Shown here piece after piece: positions 25,454 to 36,780 of a stretch of DNA of 64,000 nucleotides. Positions within the stretch are counted from its first letter, which is position 1. Every line of letters starts with the position of its first letter. The DNA is from Eledone cirrhosa. Lineage: Eukaryota. The DNA lies in assembly GCA_964016885.1 (NCBI GenBank), contig OZ024741.1, positions 396,986,001-397,050,000 of the forward strand. The letters run 5' to 3'. Both the position numbers and the translations under genes were made by a program. The notes beneath the pieces were generated by a model. The model searched no databases. It was not told where the DNA came from and worked only from the letters and a program-made list of their open reading frames with translations.

Positions 25454-26046
25454 ACCGTCTATGCATTTGTAGTGACCTACATTCCGCGGGCTCACATACA
25501 TTCTCTGTGCGTGATTTGGCTCAGTTCAGCCAATCAGCGCCAGTAGAAGAGGATGTATCCCTACGCGCCCTGAGGAAGAAATTCCCCGCGAAGATTTGAA
25601 GAATCTCTCTCTTGTACCGGAAACTTCAAGCCAGCAACACGCATAATGTAACAGTGAGATATTGCACCCCTAGCCTCACCGGCTTAACGGCGCATTCCCT
25701 TTTGTAACCTCTTTTTATCTGTAACTTCAACTATATAAATAAACAAACATTTCATCTCTAATTACTGCGGTTGAAGTCGTTGTTGTTTTACTCGTGTCTC
25801 AATAACATCTTTAATCCATGCTGCTGGAATTGGCGACCTGACGAAAGGAATATTGTAAATAGATGGTAAATAGATCGAGGGACCTTCCCTCACGTCTATG
25901 TCAACAAGATAATCCAACGAGGATACTATCACTTACCACACTGGCAACTAACGACCACTGATTCTACCACCCTGCTAAAGTGGCGATAACATCTATAACT
26001 AATACTGCTAAACATTTCAGGCTTAACTGGCCTTCGTCAGGACGGT
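25454..26046 (-). ncRNA. Hammerhead ribozyme split by LTR insertion (halves 26046-26013 and 25467-25454)
   Basis: Removing the insert and one CATT copy gives ACCGTC CTGACGA AGGC CAGTTAA GCCT GAAA TGCA TA GACGGT. Confidence 0.85.
25468..26012 (+). mobile_element. Solo-LTR-like copy of the 4913-7447 family (LTR homology 25468-25940 plus 72-nt tail)
   Basis: Starts TGTAGTGACCTACATTCCGCGGG; 4-bp TSD CATT (25464-25467, 26013-26016). Confidence 0.85.
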
Positions 26047-26346
26047 CCTCCCACCGCTTGCGACTGCTGGACTAGGCTACGGCTTCCTAAGCCCGTATTT
26101 CTTTGGAGATACGAAATATTTATACATATTGTATAAAGCTATGCTTGAAGCGAAATCCTATTTCTATTTGTTAATGTTTTAAGAGAGAGAGAGAAAAAAC
26201 AAACAAACAATTGTGTGGTACTTTATTTATCGACCGCAGAAAGATAGAAGGTAACATTATCCGCAGTGGCATTTAAAATCAGAATATAAAAGTAATTATC
26301 TAAATATCGTTGCGTTTTCGGATCTACCTACATCAGAAACCATTAT

Positions 26347-26349
<3 letters not shown>

Positions 26350-26377
<28 letters not shown>

Positions 26378-26537
26378 GATGATGATTGTGATGATGATGA
26401 CGATGATGGTGATGATGTTGATGATGACGATGATGATGATTGTGATGATGATGACGGTGATGATGTTGATGGTGACGATGATGGTGATGATGATGACGAT
26501 GACGATGATGGTGATGATGATGATGATGACGATGATG
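26350..26537. repeat. (GAT)n microsatellite
   Basis: Direct inspection. Confidence 0.9.
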
Positions 26538-26599
26538 AGGGGGAGGAAGAGGAGGAGGCGGAGGAGGAGGGGAATTAGGTTAATGACAAAAACTATAAT

Positions 26600-27312
26600 G
26601 GTTTCTGATTTAGGAACAAGGTCAACATTTTTTTTTGGGGGGGGGGTCGAGTAAGTCGACCCTAGTGCGTTACTGGTACTTTATTTTATAGACCCCCTGA
26701 AGGATGAAAGGTAAATATCACCTCTGTCGGAATAGTAATGCCCGTGGAGAATTCCAAGATTATTTAAAAAACTATAAATTAGAAGCTTAAAGAGAAGAAT
26801 GAAAAGCAAAGCTAACCTCGGCGGGATTTGAGCTCAGAATTTAAAGGGACGTAACTCTATGCTGCAAAGTATGTTGTACAGTGCTCTACCAATTACTGCC
26901 TATCCAATAATTGTTTCTACTTTTGGCACAAGGCCAGCAATTATACCAGTACATTACTGGTACTTTATTTTATCGACCCCGTAAGGATGAAAGGCAAAGT
27001 TAACCTCGGCGGGATTTGAACTCAGAATGTAAAGGGCCGTAACTCTTTGCGTCAAAGCATTGCGTCCGACCCTCTACCGATACTGCCAATCCACCTGATT
27101 TCTAGTATAGGCACAAGGCCAGTAATTTTGGTGGAGGGGAATGTCGATTAAATCGACCTCAGTACGTTACCGGTACTTTATTTTATCGACCCTGTAAGGA
27201 TGAAAGGCAAAGTTAACCTCAGCGGGATTTGAACTCAGACCGTAAAGGACCGTAACTCTTTGCTGCAAATCATGGTGTCCGACCCTCTACCGATACTGCC
27301 AATTCACCGCCC
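26600..27312 (-). mobile_element. Cluster of about four tRNA-SINE copies or fragments
   Basis: Repeated GGTACTTTATTTTATCGACCCCGTAAGGATGAAAGGCAAAGTTAACCTCGGCGGGATTTGAACTC. Confidence 0.85.
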
Positions 27313-27337
27313 TCTGCCTATCCAATAATAATTTATA

Positions 27338-28400
27338 CTAGCTGAATAACCCGGCGTTGAGAGAGATAACCCCCCACTTTATATATTATAACAACCTCTC
27401 TCTATATAACTAAACTCCTCTCTCTAAATATATTATAACCCCTCCTCTCTCTATATTATAACCCCCTCTCTCTAAATATATTAAACCCCCCTTTCTCTCT
27501 ATATATAAACCCATCCCTTTCTCTATATATTAAAACCACCCTCTCTATATATTATAACACCCCTCTCTCGATATATATATATATAACCCCCTCTCTCTAT
27601 ATATATATTAACCCTCTTCTCTTTATATTATAACTCCCTCTCTCTATATTATAACTCCCTCTCTCTATATATAATATAACCCCTTCTCTCTCTATATCTA
27701 ATAAAGGGAGGAGCGCGGGGCTGCGCACGGTTTATAATGTTTTATTCCATTAGTAAAATAAATTGGATTACTTTGAATAAATAATGAATGAATATTACAT
27801 AATTTATCTACTAAATGTTGTGGCTGTTCATTAAATATATTTTGTTTATTTAAAGATTCACTTCTTTAAAATTTCTGAAATGTCAATACTTCCGGTGGCG
27901 ATCGCTTAAATAAACATATTAATTTTCTGTCACTAATTTTCTCCTAATGCAGTTTATATATAATATCGTCTTATTTAATGTATCATGGATTACGATACTG
28001 ATTACATAAGACAGTGTAACGCAGTCTTCGTTCAATTTCTGTGTATATTGTCAATTACGATGTTATTTGATGTATCATATCTACAGGTATATATACTTGC
28101 GTATAATATCTATATACACACTACACATGCTAGCAGAAAACCAACGGTGGTTTTTCTGCTAGTATATATAATAACCCATCCCTTTCTCTATATTATAACC
28201 CCTCTCTCTAAATATATTATAAACCGCTCTCTCTAAATATAGTATAACCCCCCTCACTCTATATTATAACTCCCTCTCTCTATAGTAAAACCCCCTCTCT
28301 ATATATATAATAACGCATCCCTTTCTCTATATTATAACCCGCTCTCTCTAAATATATTATAAGCCCCTATCTTTAAATATATTATACCCCCCCCCCCTCT
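27338..28400. repeat. Diverged ~23-25-bp (CTCTCTCTATATATTATAACCCC) array with Helitron-like termini and a nested insert (~27700-28143)
   Basis: CTAGCTGAATAACCCGGCGTTG end at 27338; hairpin GCTAGCAGAAAACC..GGTTTTTCTGCTAG at ~28129-28162. Confidence 0.6.
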
Positions 28401-28516
28401 CTCCTTTCCAAACATCGCAACGCTCTTTGATTTTCTTTCACTGTAGATTGTTTACCACCCCACTTCCATTGTTTTAGCACATCTCACGGACGTCATTCGA
28501 CTTTTATTTATAATAC

Positions 28517-28692
28517 TTGTTTCTATTTTAGGCACAAGGCCAGCAATTACCAGTACATTACTGGTACTTTATTTTATCGACCCTGTAAGGATGAAAGGCA
28601 AAGTTAACCTCGGCGGGATTTGAACTCAGATCATAAAGGGACGTAACTCTATGCTTCGAAAAATGGTGTCCGACTCTCTACCGATACTGCCG
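28517..28692 (-). mobile_element. tRNA-derived SINE
   Basis: Same family as 1110-1298. Confidence 0.8.
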
Positions 28693-28752
28693 AAAGTGTG
28701 ACAGAGACGGTCTGGCGTACGGTACGCAGGTATTAACGTATTAATATATAGA

Positions 28753-29217
28753 CTAGCTGGACCCGCGAAAAAATTCACGGATAATTTTGAAATTTAAATA
28801 TTGTCCAATGAATATTTATCAGTTAATCAAAGTTGTTTGATTTGCAGTATTTGGGTGAATAAACAATTATATTTTCCTTTATTTTATTTATAATAATGTA
28901 AGTTTATTTAAAATTAATTTCATAAAAGTACACATGAAAAACATCCTTTAAAGTACTTCCCTATATACACTGTTTCTAGTAAAGGTGATTCCCCTTCTGT
29001 GGCCATGGGTGGAGTCGTTTTGAGGTATCACTTTAACTCTCGCACTGTTCATCACCCTTGCTCAAAGGCCTCTCTTCAATTATGGCATTTCGTCGCTGTT
29101 CAACTCTGTTTCTCATATTCTCTAGATAAATAACTATGTAATTAATTGTTTCTACTATGTAATTAATGAAAGCGTCGGACGTACGGAATGTAGGTACAAG
29201 TGTATTAATATATAGAT
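28753..29217 (-). mobile_element. Non-autonomous Helitron-like element
   Basis: Minus 5' TCTATATATTAAT; 3' CCGTGAATTTTTTCGCGG hairpin + CTAG. Confidence 0.55.
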
Positions 29218-29660
29218 TGTCGTTGTTATGCCATGGTGTGTTTCTATAGTTTGTAAACCAGGTAAAGAAGTTGAAGTTCTGAATAAAGAGGTGTTTGCTC
29301 TAAACTAGCCGTCACTCTTGAGAACCTATAGAATTTTCTGAATATGTAAACAGTTTCAAGTAGAACTACTTTATATGTAGCTTAGTAACCTCTTCAGCGG
29401 ATCATTTAATTCTTTGTTGAAACTTAATTCCCATGACTACCCACGATATGGACCACTATTGTACATACATCATATATTTTGGTCTTAATAACTAGACATT
29501 CATATATTGACCGATTTTTTTTATATATAAGCTGTTTTACTGAAATGTTAATGTCACTTGACAATAACTGATCGATCAATCGATATCCATAAGCCATTAA
29601 ACTTTCCACAATGACAATATCAGGTCTGTTAGATATGTCTTGTGTGTATGTCAATATAAC

Positions 29661-30712
29661 TGTTTCTACTTTGGGCACAAGGCCAGCAATTACCCAGTAC
29701 ATTACTGGTACTTTATTTTATCGACCCCGTATGGATGAAAGGCAAAGTTAACCTCGGCGGGATTTGAACTCAGATCGTAAAGGGACGTAACTATGCAGGA
29801 AAGCATGTCCGACCCTTTACCGATACTGCCAATTCACCGCCCTTGAATATAATTGTTTCTACTTTTGGCACAAGGCCAGCAATTATCCCACTGTATTACT
29901 GGTACTTTATTTTATCGACCCCGTAAGGATGAAAGGTAAAGTTAACCTCGGCGGGATTTGAACTCAGTTTGTATGTCAATATAACAACGGTCCATAGGCA
30001 GTGAATTGGTAGAGTCGTTAGAACGTCAGATAGAGTGTTTTACCGTTTCAACTCTCTGTTCTCTAAGTTCAAGCCTCACCGAGGTCAACTTTGTCTTTCA
30101 TCCATTCAAGGTCAATAAAAAAGTACCAGTCAAGTACTGGGGTCGAACCTTCCTTTATATCTCTTCCTCACTTCTATTCTCTTACTCTCTAGGAGAAATC
30201 TACTGTATTCAGACCTGGAGAGGGGATAAGCTCCGCAAAGCTTTAAAATTCCCTAGAAACACTGTATGTCAATGCAGGGCCCCTACAACTCCCTCGGGAG
30301 TTATGGTGGACTGGCAGTATCGATAGAGCGTCGAACAACATGCTTCGTGGCATAGAGTCATGTCTCTCTACGTTCTCAGTTCAAATCCCACTAAGATTAG
30401 CTTTGTCATTCATCCTTACGAGGTCGATAACATAAATTACCTCTAATGCACTGTTGTTGTTGTTGTTACAGCTCACACCTATGCAGGTTCAGCTGGCCTC
30501 CTCCAAGGTATATCTCATTAGAGGTGTCTCGGGTAAATTAATGATAGGGACCCCAGTCCCTATCATCTCATTTCTACAGCTGAGTAAACTGGAGCAACGT
30601 GAAATAAAGTGTCTTGCTCAAGGAAACAACACATCACCCGGTCTGAGAATTGAACTCACAACCTTTCAATTGCAAGCCCAATGCTCTAACTACTAAGCCA
30701 TGAGTCTTCACT
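29661..30712. mobile_element. SINE cluster: minus dimer 29661-29970, older plus copies ~29996-30150 and ~30305-30452, CORE-type SINE minus ~30560-30712
   Basis: Direct repeat GTATGTCAATATAAC flanks the dimer; A/B boxes; AAGTGTCTTGCTCAAGGA CORE-like segment. Confidence 0.75.
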
Positions 30713-32223
30713 GTAATGCACTGGGTTCAATTTAAACGACTTTCCCTTCTAACAGCACTCTCCAAAATAGTTAGCCTTATGTCTAATTCAGAAACCATTT
30801 ATGGAAGTTGCCAGAGGGGGAACTTTAATCAGAGTTATGGTTTTATCATTTACATTCTGCTGTATTCCATATATTTCACGTGGAACAGGAAAATGGTAAA
30901 CCAATTATATTAGCACTCCATTGTTTAGCTTCATTTAGCTTTAATTTGAGAATTGGTAAAACAGGTAAAGAAATTGTGTACATTCTTTGATTCTTTCTCT
31001 CTCTGTCTTTTTCACTCTTTCTTTCATCTCTCTCTCTTTCTCTTTCACACCTCCTCTCTTTCTCCCGCTATTTCAGTCTTCCTCTCTCTGTCACTGTTAC
31101 TCTCTCACTCGCTCTTTCAGTCTTCCTCTTCGTCTCTCTCGCTTTCACGCTCTCTCTCTCTCAGTCTTCCACACAGTCTCTCACTCTTTCACTCCTCTAT
31201 CTCTCTCTATCTATCTATCTATCTATCTATCTCTCTATCTCTATCTCTCTCTTTCACTCCTCCCCTCTCTCTCTCTCTTTCACTCTTTCTTTCACTCTCT
31301 CTCTCTCATTCTTTCTCTTTCACCCCTCCCTCTCTCTCTTTCACCCGTCTCTCTCTTTCACCCGTCTCTCTCTTATGATTTATAAGCAGCATGTATGTTT
31401 TATCAATTTTACATACGCGCTCACTCACATACACTCACATTTACGCTCATACTCACTCACATACACTCACATACACACTCATACTCACTCACATACTCAC
31501 ATATATTCAAACATACAAACATACATACATACATAACATACATACATACATACATGGTGGCTGCCAACTCGTTTTCGAGTACGGCCACTACTTTATATCC
31601 ATGTAGGAGAACCCCTACTGATGCGCTGAACGAGTGTGACCTTTTAGTCCAGCCAGCAACTTGAAAACTCTGGTACAAACACTACACCTGTAACAATTAT
31701 TGACACATAGTGCTGGGCCCATGGTACCATGTGACGACAAGTGCAGAGAGATCTCCAGATATAAAGCAATGCCTGTGCCGTGAAGCTTTTATAGTGTTCT
31801 AGAATTCTGCCTGACAAAGGCTAAGGGGTCATCTCTCCCGGTCACCCTTTATTCACGCTCTCCTCCAAGACCTAACAACCTTCTCCAACGCCTCCTTACA
31901 GTCAGCCTGATAAGTATTATTTAACGTATATGCTCTAGTTGTAAACCAATAACATTCTTTTGGCGAGTTGTATATGTATAGCATTGTGTAATAGTTTAGT
32001 ATAATATCTTCAGTTACTGCACGTTATATTTTTATATAGAAATGAATAAAGATCCCATACTCCTGCAACCTTTCACAGCATACATACATACATACATTCA
32101 TATATACATACATACATACATACATATATATACATACATACATACATACATATACATACATGTACATATATAAATATATATTTATAGTGCTGACACATAT
32201 CTATACAGCCATTTGGGAATATT

Positions 32224-32405
32224 GTGGATTGGCAGTATCGGTAGAGAGTCGGACGCCATGCTTTGCAGCATAGAGTTACGTCCCTTTACGGCCTGAGTTC
32301 GAATCCCGCCGAGGTTAACTTTGCCTTTCATCCTTATGGGGTCGATAAAATAAAGTACCAGTAATACACTGTAATAATTGCTGGCCTTGTGCCAAAAGTA
32401 GAAAT
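32224..32405 (+). mobile_element. tRNA-derived SINE
   Basis: A-box TGGCAGTATCGG, B-box GAGTTCGAATCC. Confidence 0.85.
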
Positions 32406-32425
32406 AAAGAAATAATTATTGGTAG

Positions 32426-34660
32426 TTAAGAACAGAATGTATATATTAAAGTATAGAATGTATATATTAAAGAACAGAATGTATATATTAAAGTATAGAA
32501 TGTATATATTAAAGTATAGAATGTATATATTAAAGTATAGAATGTATATATTAAAGTATAGAATGTATATATTAAAGTATAGAATGTATATATTAAAGTA
32601 TAGAATGTATATATTAAAGAACAGAATGTATATATTAAAGTATAGAATGTATATATTAAAGTACAGAATGTATATATTAAAGTATAGAATGTATATATTA
32701 AAGTATAGAATGTATATATTAAATTATAGAATGTATATATTAAAGTATAGAATGTATATATTAAAGTATAGAATGTATATATTAAAGTATAGAATGTATA
32801 TATTAAAGTACAGAATGTATATATTAAAGTATAGAATGTATATATTAAAGTATAGAATATATATATTAAAGAACAGAATGTATATATTAAAGTATAGAAT
32901 GTATATATTAAAGTACAGAATGTATATATTAAAGTATAGAATGTATATATTAAAGTACAGAATGTATATATTAAAGAACATAATGTATATATTAAAGTAT
33001 AGAATGTATATATTAAAGTATAGAATGTATATATTAAAGTACAGAATGTATATATTAAAGTATAGAATGTATATATTAAAGTATAGAATGTATATATTAA
33101 AGTACAGAATGTATATATTAAAGAACAGAATGTATATATTAAAGTATAGAATGTATATATTAAAGTATAGAATGTATATATTAAAGTACAGAATGTATAT
33201 CTTAAAGTATAGAATGTATATATTAAAGTATAGAATGTATATATTAAAGTACAGAATGTATATATTAAAGTATAGAATGTATATATTAAAGTATAGAATG
33301 TATATATTAAAGTACAGAATGTATATATTAAAGAACAGAATGTATATATTAAAGTATAGAATGTATATATTAAAGTATAGAATGTATATATTAAAGTACA
33401 GAATGTATATATTAAAGTATAGAATGTATATATTAAAGTATAGAATGTATATATTAAAGTACAGAATGTATATATTAAAGTATAGAATGTATATATTAAA
33501 GTATAGAATGTATATATTAAAGTATAGAATGTATATATTAAAGTATAGAATGTATATATTAAAGTATAGAATATATATATTAAAGTATAGAATATATATA
33601 TTAAAGTATAGAATGTATATATTAAAGTACAGAATGTATATATTAAAGTACAGAATGTATATATTAAAGTATAGAATGTATATATTAAAGTATAGAATAT
33701 ATATATTAAAGTATAGAATGTATATATTAAAGTACAGAATGTATATATTAAAGTATAGAATGTATATATTAAAGTATAGAATGTATATATTAAAGTATAG
33801 AATGTATATATTAAAGTATAGAATGTATATATTAAAGTACAGAATGTATATATTAAAGTATAGAATGTATATATTAAAGTATAGAATGTATATATTAAAG
33901 TATAGAATGTATATATTAAAGTATAGAATGTATATATTAAAGTATAGAATGTATATATTAAAGTACAGAATGTATATATTAAAGTATAGAATGTATATAT
34001 TAAAGTATAGAATGTATATATTAAAGTACAGAATGTATATATTAAAGTACAGAATGTATATATTAAAGTATAGAATGTATATATTAAAGTACAGAATGTA
34101 TATATTAAAGTATAGAATGTATATATTAAAGTATAGAATGTATATATTAAAGTATAGAATGTATATATTAAAGTATAGAATGTATATATTAAAGTATAGA
34201 ATGTATATATTAAAGTATAGAATGTATATATTAAAGTACAGAATGTATATATTAAAGTATAGAATGTATATATTAAAGTATAGAATGTATATATTAAAGT
34301 ACAGAATGTATATATTAAAGTATAGAATGTATATATTAAAGTATAGAATGTATATATTAAAGTACAGAATGTATATATTAAAGTATAGAATGTATATATT
34401 AAAGTATAGAATGTATACATTAAAGTACAGAATGTATATATTAAAGTATAGAATGTATATATTAAAGTATAGAATGTATATATTAAAGTACAGAATGTAT
34501 ATATTAAAGTATAGAATGTATATATTAAAGTATAGAATGTATATATTAAAGTACAGAATGTATATATTAAAGTATAGAATGTATATATTAAAGTATAGAA
34601 TGTATATATTTAAGTATACAATGTATACATTAAAGTATAGAATGTATATATTAAAGTACA
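32426..34660. repeat. 21-bp minisatellite (AAGTAYAGAATGTATATATTA), ~106 copies, intronic
   Basis: Highly homogeneous; abuts the exon 2 donor. Confidence 0.97.
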
Positions 34661-34663
34661 TAC

Positions 34664-34832
34664 CACTTCTTTAACATTTGGTCTTCCGTTAGACAACCTG
34701 GTGACAAAATCTTGATAATATTTCTCCACTTTAGGATCCTCCTGTGGTAGTTTAGAATCTTTAGATTTTAGTTTGGCGTATTCATGGGCACAGCCACGGA
34801 TGAATTGGGGGAAATTCTCCATTAACATATAT
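34664..34832 (-). CDS. TPPP: TPPP family protein, coding exon 2 (YMLMENFPQF...PNVKEV)
   Basis: Acceptor TATTTCAG|A completes the split CCA (Pro) codon; donor GTG|GTATGT phase 0; 169 nt keeps frame with both neighbouring exons. Confidence 0.85.
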
Positions 34833-34889
34833 CTGAAATAATGAATTAATTAAAGAAGTGAGAAAAATGTAATCGTATTTGTGTAATTA

Positions 34890-35300
34890 ATAGTTTCTAA
34901 TTTAGGCACAAGGCCAGCAATTTTGGAGTGAGGGCGGAAAGGAAGTCGATTAAATCAACCCCAGTGCGTTACTGGTACTTTATTTTATCGACCTCGTAAA
35001 GTGAAAGGCAAAGTTAACCTTAGCAGGATTTGAAATAATAATGATTTCTGATTTAGGCACAAGGCCAGCAATTTTTTAGGGGAGGGAAAAGTCGATTATA
35101 TCGATCCCAGTGCATTACTGGTACTTTATTTTATCGACCTCGTGAGGATGAAAGCCTAAGTTAACGTAGGCAGGATTTGAATTCAGAGAGTTAAGGGACG
35201 TAACTATATGTCACAAAGTATGATGTTCGATATTATTAATATCACAAGGGCGGTGGATTAAAAGTACCAGTAATGTACTGGTTCGATGTAACCAACTGTC

Positions 35301-35331
<31 letters not shown>

Positions 35332-35360
35332 ATTATTGACCTTATGCCTAAATCAGAACC
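34890..35360. mobile_element. SINE fragments cluster
   Basis: TTTAGGCACAAGGCCAGCAA...GGTACTTTATTTTATCGACC repeated. Confidence 0.75.
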
Positions 35361-35524
35361 TATTATTTAGAACAATATAAGATACGGGTTCACTGTATAT
35401 TTATGATTGTATTCTCTTCTGGCATTATCTCTAAATTGTACAAGACATAACTAAATCAGAATGTTGTCCTAATTGCTGGCAGAGTTAATATTTTTATAGT
35501 TTTAGTACTGGGTTTAATTAGGAC

Positions 35525-35910
35525 GTTAGCGTACCGGTTGCCGTCAAGACCTCAGGCGTACTTGGATACCGTACTGTCTAGCTCCTCCGCAAGATCGAAA
35601 CGTCGGTGGCCCATCTGGGGAAGGAGCCCCGCGAGGTCGGGTAGCTGTTGCAGCGTGTCGATGACCATAGTCCGCGGGATTGCTTTTGCGGTCTTGTCTA
35701 AGGGATGCAGTCGCATTACTGCCGCACCCTATGCCCAGAGCCCAACCCCCTCCCTATTCTTCTGTGACACTAAAGCCCTTGCCTTTCCCTTTTTTTCCGT
35801 TTTTTTAAAATATTTTTTTATTTTACATTCCATTCTTTCTTCCCAATCTAACTTTTTTTCTTTTTCTATTAAATTGTATTTACAAGATATATTCAGTTGT
35901 AAATAAAGAA
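35525..35910 (+). mobile_element. CRE-like LINE 3' fragment
   Basis: VPVAVKTSGVLG...LLRKIE...LLQRV...RG; flanked by a duplicated host segment (35428-35525 vs 35915-36015). Confidence 0.65.
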
Positions 35911-36118
35911 TTGCTCTCTAAATTGTACAAGACATAAAATCATATCAGAATGCTTTCCTCATTTCTGGCAGAGTTTATATTTTTATATTTTTAGTACTGG
36001 GTTTAATTAGGAAGTTATAAAATGTGAAGTCGTGAAATGAGCAGGTTTGAACATGTTGATATTCGTTGATTGAAAATAATCTTTTAGCGAAGCCTACAAA
36101 CGAAAACTATTTTTCAAC

Positions 36119-36430
36119 ATGCCTCGGTCACTCACCGATAGGTTTACGGTCGTACCCTTGGCAGTGGAGACTTCTGGTGTCTTCGGTCCTAGTGCTACCT
36201 CCCTACTCACCACCATAGGCGCTGAGCTGGCCAACCGCGGGTGTGAGCCTCAAGAGCTGGAATGGCTTTTCCAGCTCGTCTCCCTTGCCGTTCGCCGGGG
36301 AAACGCCTTCTCCATTCTGTCCACCGGGGCTGTGGGGAGGCCACCAATGATTGACAGACTTGTCATTTTATCAGTCAACTGTTGCTGTCGTTAGATAACT
36401 AGGTATCTGTAGATGAACGTTGATACTCCT
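36119..36430 (+). mobile_element. CRE-like LINE restriction-like endonuclease C-terminal fragment and 3' UTR
   Basis: VPLAVETSGVFGPSA..L...G..LA...P.E..WLFQLVSLAVRRGNA.S.L.T motif. Confidence 0.75.
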
Positions 36431-36780
36431 TGCGTTTACCCGGCTTCAGTAAAAGTTCTCTTCTTTCTTTTAGAGCCGTAACTCCCGATGGAGTCGTGGG
36501 GGAACCGTAATTATACATAGAGTTTGGGGGGCATTTTTAAACCATGTGGAGCCCATCTCTTCTCTAGGTATGAATGCAGCAGATTTCTTCCAGAGAAAGA
36601 GTAATAGAGAGAAAATATGAAAGAGATATAGATGAAGAATCGACCCCAGTACTAGACTGGTACTTATTTTATCGACCCCCAATGGATAAAAGATAAAGTT
36701 GACCTCGGTGAGACTTGGAGTAGAGAGACGAAACAAATACTACAAAGCTTTCTATCCGACGTTCTAACAACGTTCGGCAC

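Larger units (their letters stand above)
25333..26160 (-). mobile_element. Short PLE-derived repeat (family of 2150-2370) with inverted end copy, interrupted by a solo LTR
   Basis: 25340-25467 and 26013-26073 are the reverse complement of ~2158-2330; 25333-25387 is inverted relative to 26076-26130. Confidence 0.75.

Noticed and set aside
25333-26160. MITE with terminal inverted repeats
   Set aside because: The sister copy at 2150-2370 lacks the second arm and the element contains a hammerhead, so a PLE-type inversion fits better.
26310-26654. Poly-Met ORF; also poly-Leu/Thr ORFs at 61897-62722 and the many (YI)n, (CV)n and (HT)n ORFs
   Set aside because: Microsatellite translations.
32419-34674. 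ORFs (MYILKYR)n and their antisense equivalents
   Set aside because: Translation of a 21-bp intronic satellite.
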